From contig NC_042998.1 of the NCBI RefSeq assembly GCF_006345805.1, positions 162,130,001 through 162,194,000 of the forward strand: a stretch of DNA of 64,000 bases, read 5' to 3'. This document shows positions 39,216 to 54,535 of the stretch, in pieces. Made by a program: the position numbers and the translations under genes. Each line of letters begins with the position of its first letter. Within the stretch, counting starts at the first letter, position 1. The stretch is from Octopus sinensis. Taxonomy: Eukaryota. Below the pieces are notes generated by a model. That model was not told the origin of the DNA. It made no database searches and worked only from the letters and a program-made list of their open reading frames with translations.

Positions 39216-39922
39216 AGATCATCCTGTTTATATATAAATATATATATACCACAAATAATGTACATTTTTTCCAACCTACACAACTTCTCAGTGCTTTTGT
39301 TTTTACCCAAGAAAGCCTAACAGCAGTTAAAAGACAACCTAAAGGGGAATAAATATATTTGATTTCCAGGAATGTGACCAAGCAAATTCAAAGACAATCT
39401 TTAGTGATGTGACAGTGCTAATAATGATTCAGTATTTGACACAATATATTTGCTTCTTCATTTGTTTCCCCATCCTATTTTCTCTGACTCACACATTTTA
39501 TGCATGCTCAACCACCATTACCATCACCACAATCACCACTCCTTCACTGTTCTTTTTCTTCTTTCTCAACACATTTAAGCATATCTTCTCCTATACATAC
39601 ACATATGCACACACATGCATCCCACCCCAGTCTTTCCCCGTATCTGTCTGAGCTCATAAGATTATTTCACTCACTTTTTCTCTCTTTCTCTCAAGCACAC
39701 ACACACACATACACACACACGTGTATATTTTTATATACATATATATATATTCTGAGTATTTCCATCTCTTATTGTTCTCACTATCCCTATATAACATGTA
39801 AATGTATATATATATATATATACATACATACACTCAAACATGCACATACATATATGCATATATATATATTTATATATCTATATATATTTGTGTGTATTAT
39901 ATATATATGTGTGTATATTTGA

Positions 39923-39958
<36 letters not shown>

Positions 39959-40220
39959 TTGAATATATATACATATTTGACTATATGTATATATATACTA
40001 TATATATATGTATACATGCATATATTTGTATGTATGTGAGTGTGTGTGCATGTATGCGCAATATGTATAGATATATGTAGATTGTAGGAAGGATGAGTGC
40101 TTGATCATATGTGCATTTGTGTGTCTTTTCACCTGCCTCTCAAACTATCTATCCTATCAATTTCTATATCTGTCAGTCTCTCTGTGAGTTTGTCTAACAA
40201 CTTACCCTTGCCTTTTCCTG

Positions 40221-40251
<31 letters not shown>

Positions 40252-40864
40252 TTCGCTTTCTCTTTCTCTCTCTCTCCTGACATTTTAGCTGTTCCTTTCT
40301 GCCCTATCATGTGCATGTTTGTTTCTGCGTTAAACATGTCATCACAATCACAATGTATGCATCTATATTGCATAATGGAAGAGACATTTTCTATGCCAAA
40401 CCTATCAAGCCGACCACACCCAGCTTCATATGATAACGATACTCACTTAGATGCATCAATATACACATACACACGTATATAATATATATGTATATATATT
40501 CTTATATTCACACACACACAATACATATATATATATAGGTATGTGTCTATACACATCATGCACAAATAGAAATCTTTGTACATAGAACATATACATGCAT
40601 ACATGCATATCAGTATACATACACACCTATATTTTTCATGTAGATTGCCTAATTAAAGGTCAATCCAGCTTCCTCATGTCAATTCTTCAGATTAGTTGTG
40701 CCAGAGAATTTTCTAGTTACTCCTTGTTCTTTCTCTAGACTGCATGTTGATTCTAGATTGAAGACAAATGGTACATTGTAAGACATGACAGCAGCTGTTT
40801 GTAGGAAATATTAACCCATTCTTTCTCTCATATACTTTCATTTTTTTTTCCCCACTTTCGCTCT

Positions 40865-41400
40865 TTTTCATCACCATCATCATCATCATCATCATCATCA
40901 TCATATTTATTATAACCTTCATTATCATCACCGTGGTTGTTGTCATAGTCGTTGTCATTTCGTCACTGTCATTATTATCATCATCATCATCAACAGCAGC
41001 AGCAGCAGCAGCATTGTTGTTATTGTGAATGTCGCCACTGTCATCAATATTATCGCCATTTTAATCATTATCATCATTATGATCAACATTATTATTCTCA
41101 TCATCATCATCATCATCACCACCACTTCCACCACACCAGCATTATCATCATCACCATCATCTCCACCATCAGCAGCAATAACAGCAGCAGGATTGTAAAA
41201 AGCAGCTATGGCAGCTTCATTGACACCATCACCAATACCACCACCACAAACATTATCCTCATCAAAATTCATTAGCCTTTACGTAAAATCAAATTCCATA
41301 CCATCACCTCAACCACCACCATTATCACCACCACCATCACCACCACTCCCATGACTGCCCTACCCAATAACTACAAAAAACAACAACAACAACAACAGCA
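40865..41400. repeat. Long degenerate CAT/CAC/CAG/CAA trinucleotide tract
   Basis: Directly visible; yields poly-His/Gln and poly-Met/Asp pseudo-ORFs. Confidence 0.85.
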
Positions 41401-41870
41401 ACACAAAAGAAACTTATTTACTCACAATTTTGTTTGAAATATCGGCAATCTTTTGTTGTGGCAATTCTGTTTCTATTACCTATATACACGCAACTTATCA
41501 TTTTATTAATATTTCGCTGAGGCATCTTGTTTTACTTTCTCTAATGCTTACATGAATTAACCATATTAATACATCATGTGAATCTCTCAGGTACTTATAA
41601 CTGAATATACATATTTTAATAGTTGGATATTCTTCATAACATTAGCAATAATTCTATGTAGGGCTTTGTTGAGAATCTCTATTAAATGGGTAACAGACAT
41701 GGCCATGACATAAAAAAACATCGCTTCCAAAACAATTGGTTCCAGATGTGATCCAACTGTATTGTACTTTGTGTCTCTTCTGCCAAAACTGCTGGCTGAC
41801 CAGTAGCCTGTAAGTGGAATTTAGGAGATGGAAAATGCATGGAAGGTCCTCTGTGTGTGTATAATAACAA

Positions 41871-42083
41871 TCCTTTCTACTATAGGCACAAGGCCTGAAA
41901 TCTGGGAGAGGGGAATAATTGATTGCATCGACACCAGTGTTTCACTGGTACTTAATTTATGGATCCCGAAAGGATGACAAGCAAAATCGACCTTGGTGGA
42001 ATTTGAACTCAGAATGTAGCAGCAGATGAAATACTGCTAAGCATTTCACCTGACGTGCTAACGATTCTGCCAGCTCACTGCTG
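41871..42083 (-). mobile_element. SINE family B, well preserved
   Basis: Minus strand gcagtgagctggcagaatcgttagcacg...ctgagttcaaattcc; flanked by aat repeats. Confidence 0.9.
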
Positions 42084-42272
42084 CATGTTTAATAATACTA
42101 ATAATGATAATAAAGATAATTTCGTGTTCCCTTGTCATTTATATATCTCTTATAGTGTTCTGTACTCAACTACTGCTTTTATCTGAAGCAAATATATATT
42201 GAGTTCTAACACCAAGTTATTAGTATCACTATGCCTAAGTGAATTATTGATATATATACATACATACATACT

Positions 42273-42304
<32 letters not shown>

Positions 42305-43883
42305 CTTGACTGATAATTCTGACTTCTCACTGATGAGTATTGCAATACAGGGGAATAAAAGGATCATGTCACATAGACACAGCTTTGAAAAATATAGCAT
42401 GTGCATGTATGCTTAGTTTGTGATGGAAACCAGACTTTCTCAAAGTTTTACAGATGTGTAAAGCATGTGTGACCATGCAAGTGCTGCAATGCTAAGTGGT
42501 AAAGCAGTTATGAGTTTTAAAAGAACTTAAATATTGTTGGATTATGAGCAAAGTTAGTTCTTATTGGCCTGGATCATTTGATGAGATGTGTACTAGAATG
42601 ATTGTCTGGATGCACGAAAAATAGTTGGATGTTGCAGAACAATTATGAAATGATTCATTGGCACTGAGAACAAAGCAGCCCACAGATTTCATTTATTTTG
42701 TCAGAGTTGTCTCCCACTCAGAAACCATTCAAAACACTGAGTGGCCATTCTACCACTTACTCAATAACATGATCTGGACTGACAAATAGACACAATGATT
42801 CCATGACATAAATAAGTGATATTCAACCCCCTGTAGGTATTGTGGCTACCTAACCACTTAACACTACTGCATCTGAGGGGTGAAATGAACTTTACACATT
42901 CAAAAACTTTGAGTGATTGCATGTCAAATTTACAAACTGTTACTACATATATTTAATCGCAATGATTTGTGTTGAGTTCTTGTTACTATCGTTTGTATAA
43001 CTACCTTTTGTCTGTTTTGTATGTATATATAATATGTATAAATCTGAAATATGTGGCACATTGATATACTTGAGAAGAAGAGCAGAATTGAGATCCTGAA
43101 ACCAAGGTGCTGTGTAAAGAGTATTAGTAGGGTGCTGGTGTGCTAAGTACTCTCTGCAAAGGGGTTAGCGTTAGGAAAGTCATCCAACTGTAGAAACCAG
43201 ACCAAAACAGACAATGGAACTTGGTGTGGCCCCTGACCTTTGCCAGTTCCTGTCAAGCTGTTCAATCCATGCTAGCTTGAATAACTAATGTCAAATGTTG
43301 TTGATGACGATGATGATGATGATACATGCATACACACATATCAACAATGTGGTATATTCAAACAGAAATACCCTGTGTAAATCTTGTCCTACACTATATA
43401 CTTTGCATTTTGTATTTAAAATAAGTAATGCAGTCAATACAATTGATTGCAACCCTAAAAGACAGAGCTCTGGCATGAATGCAGTCTTGAAAAAAGATTT
43501 ACAGAATATAATGATACCAACTATCAATCATAATGGTGATGTGTGAGCAAGATCATAGACTTTTGTACTTTTCTTATAGTCTCTAAATTAATCTTTCTTG
43601 GTGATACTTGATATTTGATTGTGCAGTTAAGTAAGTCCTCTAAGTTCACCAAGATGAAATTTATCATAACTGGATAATTGGTATTATGAACTATTATGAA
43701 GTATTGTGAAGTGTATTTAACTATCAAATTCTTTTTCTCTAATGCATCATACAAATGTCAAAAATTGTAATACTATCCAGCCCTCTCTAGAATAAGAAAA
43801 CCAGATGTAAATAAAATTGGGTTGCATTGTCAATGTATCCTTCTTTCATCTTAATTCTTGTTTTTCAAAATAGATTGTTTAAA

Positions 43884-44068
43884 GGTGCATGTGTGGCTAT
43901 GTGAGTAAGAATTTTGCTTCACAATCACGTGGCCTTGGGTTCAGTCCCAATCTGTGGCACCTTGAGCAAGTGTCTTATACTATAGTGCTGGGCTGACCAA
44001 AACCCTGTAAGTGGGCTGAATGAATGGAAACTGATGAAAGCCCATCGTGAGTGTGTGTGTGTGTGTGT

Positions 44069-44126
<58 letters not shown>

Positions 44127-44340
44127 GTGTTTGTGTTGTGTTTTGTTTGACCTCCATCACAGATTGGCAAGTGAGGCTAGTATGTTTACATTTCTGTGGC
44201 TGAATGGCTCAACAAAAGAACCTGATAGAATAAATACTAGACTTTAAAAAAATGTACAGGGGTCAATTTCTTCAACTAAGCCCTTTAAGGCAGTACTCCA
44301 GTATGGTTGCAATTCAATGATTGAAATGAGTAAAAGATAA
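43884..44340 (+). mobile_element. Family A SINE, diverged, with expanded (TG)n
   Basis: Collinear with 7471-7885. Confidence 0.85.
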
Positions 44341-45046
44341 GTTAGTCAGAAGTAATTTTTATCTATTCTTCTACTGGTTTCAATGAGAGTAATTTGGCCT
44401 TGCTGGAGCACTCACTTCTCAGGTATATTCAGTTATATTACCCTGAGTATTATTTTGTCCATGGGCATTTATTTGAATCTTACCAGAAGAAAAATAATAA
44501 AGAAGACTTGGATGAGATTTGAAATCACAATGCTCGTAATCACTGCAGACCTTCACAAATCATTAAGATTGATGTGATTAATGCTGTGCTTGAACATCTA
44601 CAGATCAATGCCTATAGGTAAAATACAGGTAAAACATAATCAGGGAGTAATTCGACATCTAATCCATACAACATAAAACTGTGTTAGCAAAAGGTATGTG
44701 TATATATATATAATTATAATAGGGCACATGTGGTGCCAGCATTGTGAAAATCAGAGTAAAAAAATATCCTCTAAGAAAACCACTAATCACTTAGAGGATT
44801 TTTCACAACAATACTTGTATTGCGTATGCCCTATTATAATTATAAATTAATTATAAAATTTGGGATTTGCCATTTATTGGCTTTTGCTTGTTGGCCACCA
44901 ATATTATTTTTGTTATTATTCATTTTACTAATGATAATAATAATAATAATAATACATATATATTAATTATTTCAAATATCTATTCATTTAGTATTTATAT
45001 GTATATATGTATGTATATAAATATATTTGTGCGTGTGTGTTTGTGC

Positions 45047-45088
<42 letters not shown>

Positions 45089-45564
45089 TCAGTAGTTCAT
45101 GTATCAAGCTGTAGATCAGTTATGTGCCCCTGGCTATTTGACTGTGATGTGATGCCTATACAGCTAAGCACTTTATAGATGTGAAACAAATGGTCACTCT
45201 CTGACCAGCCATAGCAATCAACTTGCTATAAATAAATATATGTGTATATGTGTGTATGTATCTGTGTGTGGGTGTGTGTGTGTCTGTGTGTGTGCATTTT
45301 TGTTCATACCCTTTCAGAAGCAAACATTAAAGATTAAATGCAGAAGGGAACTATAATAATATTAGTTATAGCAAAATATATCTCAGAGATGTCTTCATCC
45401 AAGAGTATAGTAAAGGTCCCAATGGAATAGAAAGAACTCAAATTTCAAAGCACCATAGGTAAATAAATAAAATTAGCTTAAATTAGATCACATACACACA
45501 AAAATGTCTGAATGTATATATATATATATATGTATGGATGTATGAGTCTGTATATGTATGTGTC

Positions 45565-45624
<60 letters not shown>

Positions 45625-46179
45625 GCTCATATTCATATAAATATTAAATTTTTAAAAGGTTGACTTTGCCTTTCATCCTTTCAGGGTTGATAAATTAAGT
45701 ACCAGGTGCATACTGGGGTCAATGTAATCGATTGGTCCCACCTCTCTAAAATTTCGGGCTTTGTGTCTATGGTTGAAGCAAAAATTCATATAAATATTAT
45801 AGCAGAAGTTCCTGATACTACTTCGTTGCAAAATACATAGAAAAAGTTTTAGAAATATTTTTTTCCTTAAACTTGTAACAAATTCTCATGTAATTCTTTT
45901 TGTACATAATTTTATCTACTTCCCCTTTTACCATAACGCAAATACTTGTCTTAAGGGAAATTTTCCCAGTCTCTATAATTCATGAAACTTTTGAGACTAT
46001 GTTTATTGATAATTTTAATTTTGTTGCTTAAAATGCTTACTTGATATATTTGATATGTAACACTGACAGCAGAAATGATTCTAACAGAAGTATTTCCCTT
46101 AGCAAGAGCCCAATAGGGGTCAACAATATTTTGTTCTACAATTTTCAGATGAAAAGATGTCAACTTTGCTCAGTGAAGA

Positions 46180-46510
46180 CACATGGCTCAGTATTTAGAG
46201 CGTCGGGATTACGGTTGTGAGGTTGTGAGCTCGATTTCCGGACTGGGCTGCATGTTGTGCTCTTGAGCAAGACACTTTATTTCACGTTGCTTCAGTTCAC
46301 TCAGCTGTAGAAATGAGTTATGACATCACAGGTGCCTAGCTGTATCAGCCTTTGCCTTTCCCTTGGATAACATCGGTGATGAGGAGAGGGGAGACTGGTA
46401 TGCACGGGCAACTGCTGGTCTTCCATAAGCAACCTTACCTGGACTTGTGCCTCGGAGGGTAACTTTGTAGGTGCAATCCCATGGTCATTCATGACTGAAG
46501 GGGGTCTCTT
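46180..46510 (+). mobile_element. tRNA-derived SINE family C, full length
   Basis: A box tggctcagtatttag, B-box-like gagctcgatttcc, then cttgagcaagacacttt...cactcagctgtagaaatg central domain. Confidence 0.8.
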
Positions 46511-48196
46511 TGAGCATGTAACATAGAACTGGCAATGACAAAAACATGAAGCTGGCAGTTAAACTTAAACATATATGTAAGTATGTGACTGTATTATGAT
46601 GGTTGCACAAACAATAGTATTACTGGAAACTATATGTGCTCGAACCAAAAAGTTATATCTTATTGGATAAGGGTGATGTGTAGAATGAAAGCATATCCCT
46701 TTGCTTCATCAGTTATAATGGTGGTTTTGATTGTAGGGTACATAAAAGATTTAACAGCAATTCTTGTAGTCCCAGAGTTTTGGGTGTATCCAAATCTTGT
46801 ATCACTATAATGAGCACTCTCACTTTCAGTTGCAGATTGAGAGGAGGGACAACAATGTCAGATGGTTGTCAGTGTCATTAGCATCCACTATATCAGGAAA
46901 TGATTTATTCAGTCTGATTAAGCTGTGTGTTTTTTTGTTTGTTTTTTTAATGATGCTGGCATTAATAGGTTGCACAGTGTCATCTTTGGGGGAGCGAGGA
47001 TGGTGTCATTCAGGTTCCCCAAAGATGACATTGTGAGAGGCTAGGATAAACTTTCAATAGCATTTTGAATTGTGTTGACAATTTCCTCGCAATCTTTTGG
47101 TATTTTGTTATCTCCTTTATCAGTGTTAACCAGTTGCTAACTATTGCCCCCAACGAAAGCAAATCCTGTACAACCTTGGCTGTTCACACATCTCTAAGTT
47201 TAATTCTCATGTCAGTAGAATGGTGAAGGAGGTATACTTTCTCATCACCAGAAGGGATAAGGTAAGAGCACACCTCAAAGAATCCTGTTTACCGTTTTTA
47301 TATAAAACCATCTGAGACTGTCTCCGGTTCTGATACAAACTCTCTATTTTAAAGGAATTAAATGAAACCTTTCCATCAAAATTTCATGGTAAGTTATGTT
47401 AATGACAAAATCATTTTACTAAATTCCTCATTATTTTCTAAACCAATATAGTAATGAAAGAGTTTACTTGGAATTACCAAAGAGTAAGACTGTGCCCTTA
47501 CCCATTATATTAGCATTACCTTGGAGATATAACAAGTTGTGAGTGATAGCCTCAAACTCAAGTCTATGAGACATCATGCATTTATTTCATTCTGTTAGCT
47601 TGGTCTGCTTTGTAATTTTCTACTTGTCCAGTTCCCTTGCCAATATTGCACACAGGAGTTATCATTGTGGGTAATGGTAAGCAGCACATCAGCTTAAAAG
47701 TGGAATGACCGGAAATGTCTAGGGAATGCTTTATCTATGTCTCTATTCAGCTTTGTTCCAATATGACATTTCTGCAGAAACAAACTTTAGTTAGTTTTTT
47801 TTTTTTATTACATCATTATATTTTATAAGCTTTTGAAATTTATCTGCTTTCATAAATATTTGGATTATTGGCATTAAAAAAAAATGAAAATATGAAATGG
47901 TTAAAATAATTCCAAGTAGCCAGATAACTGATTTCTCATTAACAACCTCCTCCTCCTCCCCCTCCTCCCTCTCCTCGTTAGCTATCTGCTATCCAGTATT
48001 CCTTATGAATTGAGGATGAAAGAGAACATATTTTGCTTGACTCACTGTTATGTACTAAACAACCAAGCATTCTGACTTCTACTTTTGAGTTCAACCTAAT
48101 AAGGAACCAGACCATGTTCCTATGAACATGTCAACCACAGGAATGAATGAAAGTAAGGATGCCTTATGCATGTACGAATGTATGCATATGTGCATG

Positions 48197-48245
<49 letters not shown>

Positions 48246-50423
48246 ATTAAGAGAGAGAGAGAGAGAGAGAGAGAGATGAATGTATGTATATGTGAATATC
48301 TTCGTCATCATAGGTACAAGAATTATTTGGTCACGGGTATTGCTGTATGGATATGGAGTTCACTTAGTTTCCAGTTCCATTCCACTGTAAGAGAACTTTT
48401 GCAAGTGACTTCTACTTTAAATTCAGGCTTTCCAATGCTTTGTGGGTGAGTCTGATAAACAAAAGCTACATAGAAACTTGTAAACATGCAAACAAACAAA
48501 GGCATATTTTGTTATAATATAATACAAACTTAACACTTTGTCTACCAGGACAGTGTTTAGTTGGAGAAAGATGTTTAAATTATTTACCCTAATACTTTGT
48601 TTCTTTTACAAAATGATTAATGATTCAAACAAGGTCTAAATTCTTTTTCCCTACTTTAATATTATTTTTTGCTTTGTATTTTGTTTTTGTTTATGTTTTC
48701 CTCTCTCTCGTGGATGAGGATGTTTTGTTTTTAAATTTGGCATCTTGCAATCCAGAGTAGACATACTTGAGAGACAAGCTGTCATTGCAAGCTGTCGGCC
48801 ATTTTCATAATATATTGAAGTTGAGAGTAAAGAGAAATAATGATATATAAATGCCAAGGGTCCTAACCCCACAAAATAATCTAGTGTGAATAGAAGTTAG
48901 GGAGTAGTCATGTCATAACCTGAATGTTCTCTTATGGTAAAAGACATTTTGATGGATGTCAATAAGGTGTTACATACACTCTCACCACATCTTTCTCTCT
49001 TTTTTTCTCTTCTCCTCTCTCTATCTATATCCTTCCGCCCTGACCACTGTCTTTCATGTCTTTGATATATTACACCATGCTTTGTGGTTACTTCTCAGGA
49101 ATTCACAATTAAATATCACTATGCCTGTGGTAGAACAGATTTTTACATGCTTGTCTGATTTCTTCTTCATGTGCAGATATTGTCTTACTCCGTCGCTTCC
49201 TGACATTTTATTTTACCTTTACACTCCATGCATTGTCAGATTGTCAACAACCTTTATTAAATATTCCGGAATATTACCAGATGCTTAGAATTCCTTTAAC
49301 ATCTGATATAAGACATGAACTGTTTATATATTACACTCTGTTCATTGCATTAGCTATGTCGTTTCACATGGCCCTTTGAGACAAGAACATAAGGCTTCAA
49401 TGCAAATACAGGTTTCCATTTCTAATAATTTCATACATGGATCTACACACACACACACACTCATGCACACACACATGCGCACACACATACACATATGCAC
49501 ACACACTCTCATGCACACACACATGCGCGCACGCACACACACACACACACACACACACAGATACAGAAACAGACACAGGTGCAAATGCATGCACAGATAA
49601 GGATACACATCACGGAAAGTTAGAATGGACTAAACAGAACAGGAGGAGACACATGGGATGGAGGATCACTGAAGAGGTCACAGATTTCAGACAAAGGAGA
49701 CCAATATAAGAATAAGAATAAAGCTGAAGTGAAGAAGGAATATATGGTGCATATGTTTATCTAGCAAAAAAAAAAGACCCAAAATGACCATCCTTAAATA
49801 TAAAAAGATCTCTCTTCAATATTTCATAAATGTATTGTTCCTTATTTTTTAATGATTTTTTATCATTTTAAATTTCAGTTATATTTACAAACAAATATGC
49901 ATTAAGAATAATGTATAATTCTTATTTGTTTTTTTGTTTTTTTTAATCAATTAATGACAAAAATATTTAAGTATTTTGTTTTTCAGTTGTTTATATATTG
50001 TATTCATTCTAAGAAATCCCATCCCTGTTTTCAAATACTTAAGTACCTCTTTGGGATACCTTGAAAATAAATAATTATAACTTTGTTCCTTATCTGCTGG
50101 TTAATAATATAAAGACAAGAATATGCTTTATTTCCTAAATTTTGGCATGATAATATGGTAATACTAGGCTTTGTCTGAGGAAACATGTAAGTGTGGCTGT
50201 ATGGTAAGAAGTTCACTTCTCAACCGAATAGATCTGAGTTCAGTACCACTGTATGACATCTTGGTCAAGCCCTTCTACCATAGCATCAGGCTAAGCAAAA
50301 CCTTGTGAGTGGATTTGGTGGATGGAAACTGAGAGAAGCCTGTTGTGTGTGTGTATGTGTTTCGGGATGGTCATTTTTTTTTGCCAAATAAACACATACA
50401 CTATATATTTGTTCTTCACTTGT

Positions 50424-50798
50424 TATTTGTTTCAGTCATTTGACTGTGGTCATGCTGGACCACTGCCCTTTGTTGAACAAATTGCCCCTCAGAACTTATT
50501 CTTTGTAAGACTAGTACTTATTCTATTGGTCTCTATTGCTGTACTGCTAAGTTATGGGATGTAGATACACCAACATTGGTTGTCAAGCAATGGTGGTGGT
50601 GGTGGTGGTGGGGCAATCAGAGACATACAAACATATACATACACACACATACACACACACACATATACACACACACATTTGATGGGCTTCTTTCAGTTTC
50701 CATCTATCAAATCCACCCACAAGGCCATAGCAGAAGACACTTTCCCAAGGTGCCATGTAGTGGGACTGAACCCAGAACCACACAGCCACTCCTGTGCC
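50424..50798 (-). mobile_element. Family A SINE with internal deletion
   Basis: Reverse-complement collinear with 62449-62860. Confidence 0.85.
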
Positions 50799-51036
50799 TA
50801 TATATATAGAGAGAAAGAAGGCTCAATTCTGATCTATATATATGTTATGCCTTGCAGTAAATAAATAAATACTACAGGGCTCAGAGCATTGATTTTTCCT
50901 AGGGTCCTATAATGCTACTAAGACAGTCTTCAGTGTGTGTGAGTATGTGTGAGAGAGAGAAAGAGAAAGAGAGATGCATAGATTAATAGAGTGATATTTA
51001 TTTACTAAAACTTCTAATTAATTTCTGGATATTGTT

Positions 51037-51247
51037 AAGGTGGCAAACTGGCAGAATTCTTAGCCACTGTGCCAAATACTTAACAATATTTTGTCTCATC
51101 TTCACATTTTGAGTTCAAATTCCGCTGAGGTCGACTTTGCCTTTCATCCTTTCAAGGTCGATAAAATAAGTACCAGCTAAGTACTAGGGTCGATGTAATC
51201 GACCTAATCCCTTCCCTGAGCTTCCTAGCCTTGTACCAAAATTAGAA
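51037..51247 (+). mobile_element. SINE family B
   Basis: gagttcaaattccgctgaggtcgactttgcctttcatcctttcaaggtcgataaaataagtaccag. Confidence 0.9.
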
Positions 51248-51664
51248 GGCAATTTCTGGTAAATTGTTGCTTTTACTGTTATTGCAGTTTGTTCATTTCT
51301 GATCACCCCACTAGGAAATTTGACTTCCTTTGACTTGAATTAATTTCATTTATTTATCTATTTATTTATTTATCTATTTATTGTCTTGGTGATTTTGCAA
51401 GTCCGCTTGTAAATCAGTTACTTTGAAATGCATGGATATGGAGCTTATAGTGCACATTAAAATGGGTAGTAAATCTACCATTGCAATTCACCCAGTTGAA
51501 ATCCCTCTATTAGTGGAATTTACCCTACAGGGTTCTAGAATTTCTAACTTAGATGACATAATGAGCTCAAAAAATAAATACAAATAATGATTTTTCAGTT
51601 ACTACGTTCATGCACTGTGTTAAAATAAGGAATTTTTATGCAAGAATTTACTCAGAAACAACAA

Positions 51665-52125
51665 AAACCATTCTTCAAAATAAAGACCATCATTTTCCAT
51701 GACCTTCTGCCAACAATCTGCAAGCTTTCAGATTTGGTCAAAGTACCGATCCTTCAGCTTTGAATTGAAAAATTCTTCACAGGCTTCTTCAACTTCATCA
51801 AATGGCTCAAATCGGTAACCTTTATAAAGTGCTGCATTAATCAGAAGAGACTGTAGTCAGATGGAATAACGTCTGGACTACAGATTGGATGTGGCAGAAC
51901 TTCCACACCATACAGTTCTTCAATCTTGTTGCTGGTGTATGCAGCTTTGCATTGACTTTTTGAAACAAAGTGCATTTTCAATGAACATGTCTTGGGTACT
52001 TTTCAACCTGTGCATCGTAGACTCAATCAAGTTGCTTGCAGTAAAGTTCAGTGTTGATGGTGCAACTATTCGGCACAAGTTTGGCGCACAAACTTTTTCC
52101 TCAACCAAATAAAATTACATCTGTA
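51665..52125 (-). pseudogene. Mariner transposase C-terminal relic
   Basis: Minus strand PNSCTINTELYCKQLD*V...KVNAKLHT / EVLPHPICSPDVIPSDYSLF (YSPDLAP motif) / CWQKVMENDGLYFEE; stops and frameshifts present. Confidence 0.88.
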
Positions 52126-52496
52126 ATAAAGAAAAGTAACATTAATGATAATGATAGTTCATGCTTGAGCAGGAAGGGGGACAACTCTACTATTCAAGTT
52201 GAGTAAAAATTAAATAGGGGGAATTATGTAGAGGACCAAGTTTGATCAATTTTCTAATAGTTCACTTCAGATGATGGCAACAATATAGCAACATTTATTG
52301 AATATTTATATCAAGTCAAGATTCTGTTTTCTTTATATATATATATATATATATATATCCCATTTCTCTTTTACTTGTTTTGCAAAGCTCCACTTTGTAG
52401 AGCACCATTTGTAAGATCATTTAAAGAAACATACTGAACTAGAAATCTTGCTTATTTATTCATTAAATTACTTCTCTCTCTTTCACTCTCTCTTTT

Positions 52497-52541
<45 letters not shown>

Positions 52542-52919
52542 TTCTCTCTCTCCCTCCCTTTCTTCTTTCTCTTTTATTTTGTCAAATTTTCTTCTCCCTC
52601 CCCTTTCTTCTATCCCTATTTTCTCTCAATATTTCTTGTCAATTGAAGTAAAAATAATTGCTGAATTAGTTGCCTTAAATTTAATTCATACATCACACAC
52701 ACTCACATATATATGCATACAAACAGATAAATATATAAATATATATATATATGCATACACACACACTATATACGTGTGTATGCGAGTGTATGTAACCTTG
52801 CTATTTTCAGTTCACATCAAGTTCAAAGAGTTTTCCAAGCTACAACAACACATACATCAACAATAATAACAATAATGTTACAGCAGCAACACCATCACAA
52901 TAATAACAGTATCATTTTT

Positions 52920-53111
<192 letters not shown>

Positions 53112-53629
53112 ATATCAATCACATGATTTCAGCCAATAATTTCCCACCTATCACCATATTTATTTTATTGAAATTGTATTTGTTCGCTTCGCAATTTTTG
53201 TAAACTTATTATTATATTTATTTTTATTTTCACTTAATGTACATTATTCATTTTCATTTTGGAGATAATTGTATTTTATGTTGGTTTCTTTTTTTCTTTT
53301 TTCATTTTTGCTCGATCATCATTCTTTGCTTTTTTGGGGTCACATATCTCCTATTCGGACATATTTGGATTTCCGTGTTTACATTTTTTCATTTACTTGA
53401 TAGACGAATTTCTCTGAGAATTCTTTATGATTTGGCCAGCATGATAAAATCTGATGTGAGCAACTATGTAATGCATTGATCTGTTAGAAATAACAGCCAG
53501 ATCTCCCTAAAATGACACTTTGATATCTTTAAAAAATGGAAAGACATATTGAAGAATGTAGACCTATATCTAATATTTCTGAAAACAAGACCATGTAATT
53601 GTGTCTTTGATCATAGGTCATATATATGT

Positions 53630-53670
<41 letters not shown>

Positions 53671-54010
53671 CGTGTGTGTGTGCGTGCGTGCGTGTGTGTG
53701 TGCATGTGTGTCGTTGCTATTGTGTTAAACTGTTGTATATCCAAATTCGGCCAAACACGTTTTCTTCAATACTTATTTTTGCTTGGAATAGCTGGCTTTT
53801 TTTTTGGTCAAACTATCGTATCTCCAGCTGCTTCAGATGCCAAGATATCAAAAATTGTCAAAGTGTAGTACAATGGTATTGCTATGGAATGGGGTAAACT
53901 GTTTATTCCTTTTCTGAAAAAAAGCAATGTTTTGGATTTATGACACTTTTGCATACTAGCAACAATATATACATACATATATATATATATATACATACAT
54001 ACATATATTA

Positions 54011-54062
<52 letters not shown>

Positions 54063-54063
54063 A

Positions 54064-54122
<59 letters not shown>

Positions 54123-54159
54123 CAATGATGCATATAATTTATTATATCAGATTATTAGA

Positions 54160-54535
54160 CTAGCAGTATCGCCCGGCGTTGCTCAGGTTTGTAAGGGAAA
54201 TAGCTATAAAGCATTTTTAGAGAGTTATAGCAAAAAAATGGAAAAAAAAATGATGGTAAATTTTTTTTGAGAGTAAAAAAAGGTTGAGTTGCGTCCCCTA
54301 GACAGTCTGTGGTTTTTTTTTTTTTATTCTCGACCCCATGTCGAATTTATCGATTTTTTTCAGAACTGGGGCAACTTTTCAAAATTTTCGCTGCGTTAGT
54401 TTTGAATTATGACATTGGGCTATGTGTGTGTCAAGTTTCATCAGAATCGGTTGAAAGCCATGGTCAGGGTGAGGGTACGAGAAAACAGACACACAGAAAC
54501 ACGCACAGACAAACTGCCGTTTATATAGAGAGAGA
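54160..54535 (-). mobile_element. Non-autonomous Helitron
   Basis: Minus strand begins A|TC(TC)nTATATAAAC and ends with the imperfect hairpin cctgagcaacgccggg followed by gatactgCTAG|T; AT target and no TSD. Confidence 0.8.

Noticed and set aside
40952-41275. His/Gln-rich ORF resembling a low-complexity protein exon
   Set aside because: It is a degenerate trinucleotide tract open on both strands, with no splice or domain support.
47633-47680. PILHTGVIIVGNG peptide resembling the start of a Rossmann GxGxxG motif
   Set aside because: It is only about 15 residues, no continuing exon was found, and it is compatible with chance.
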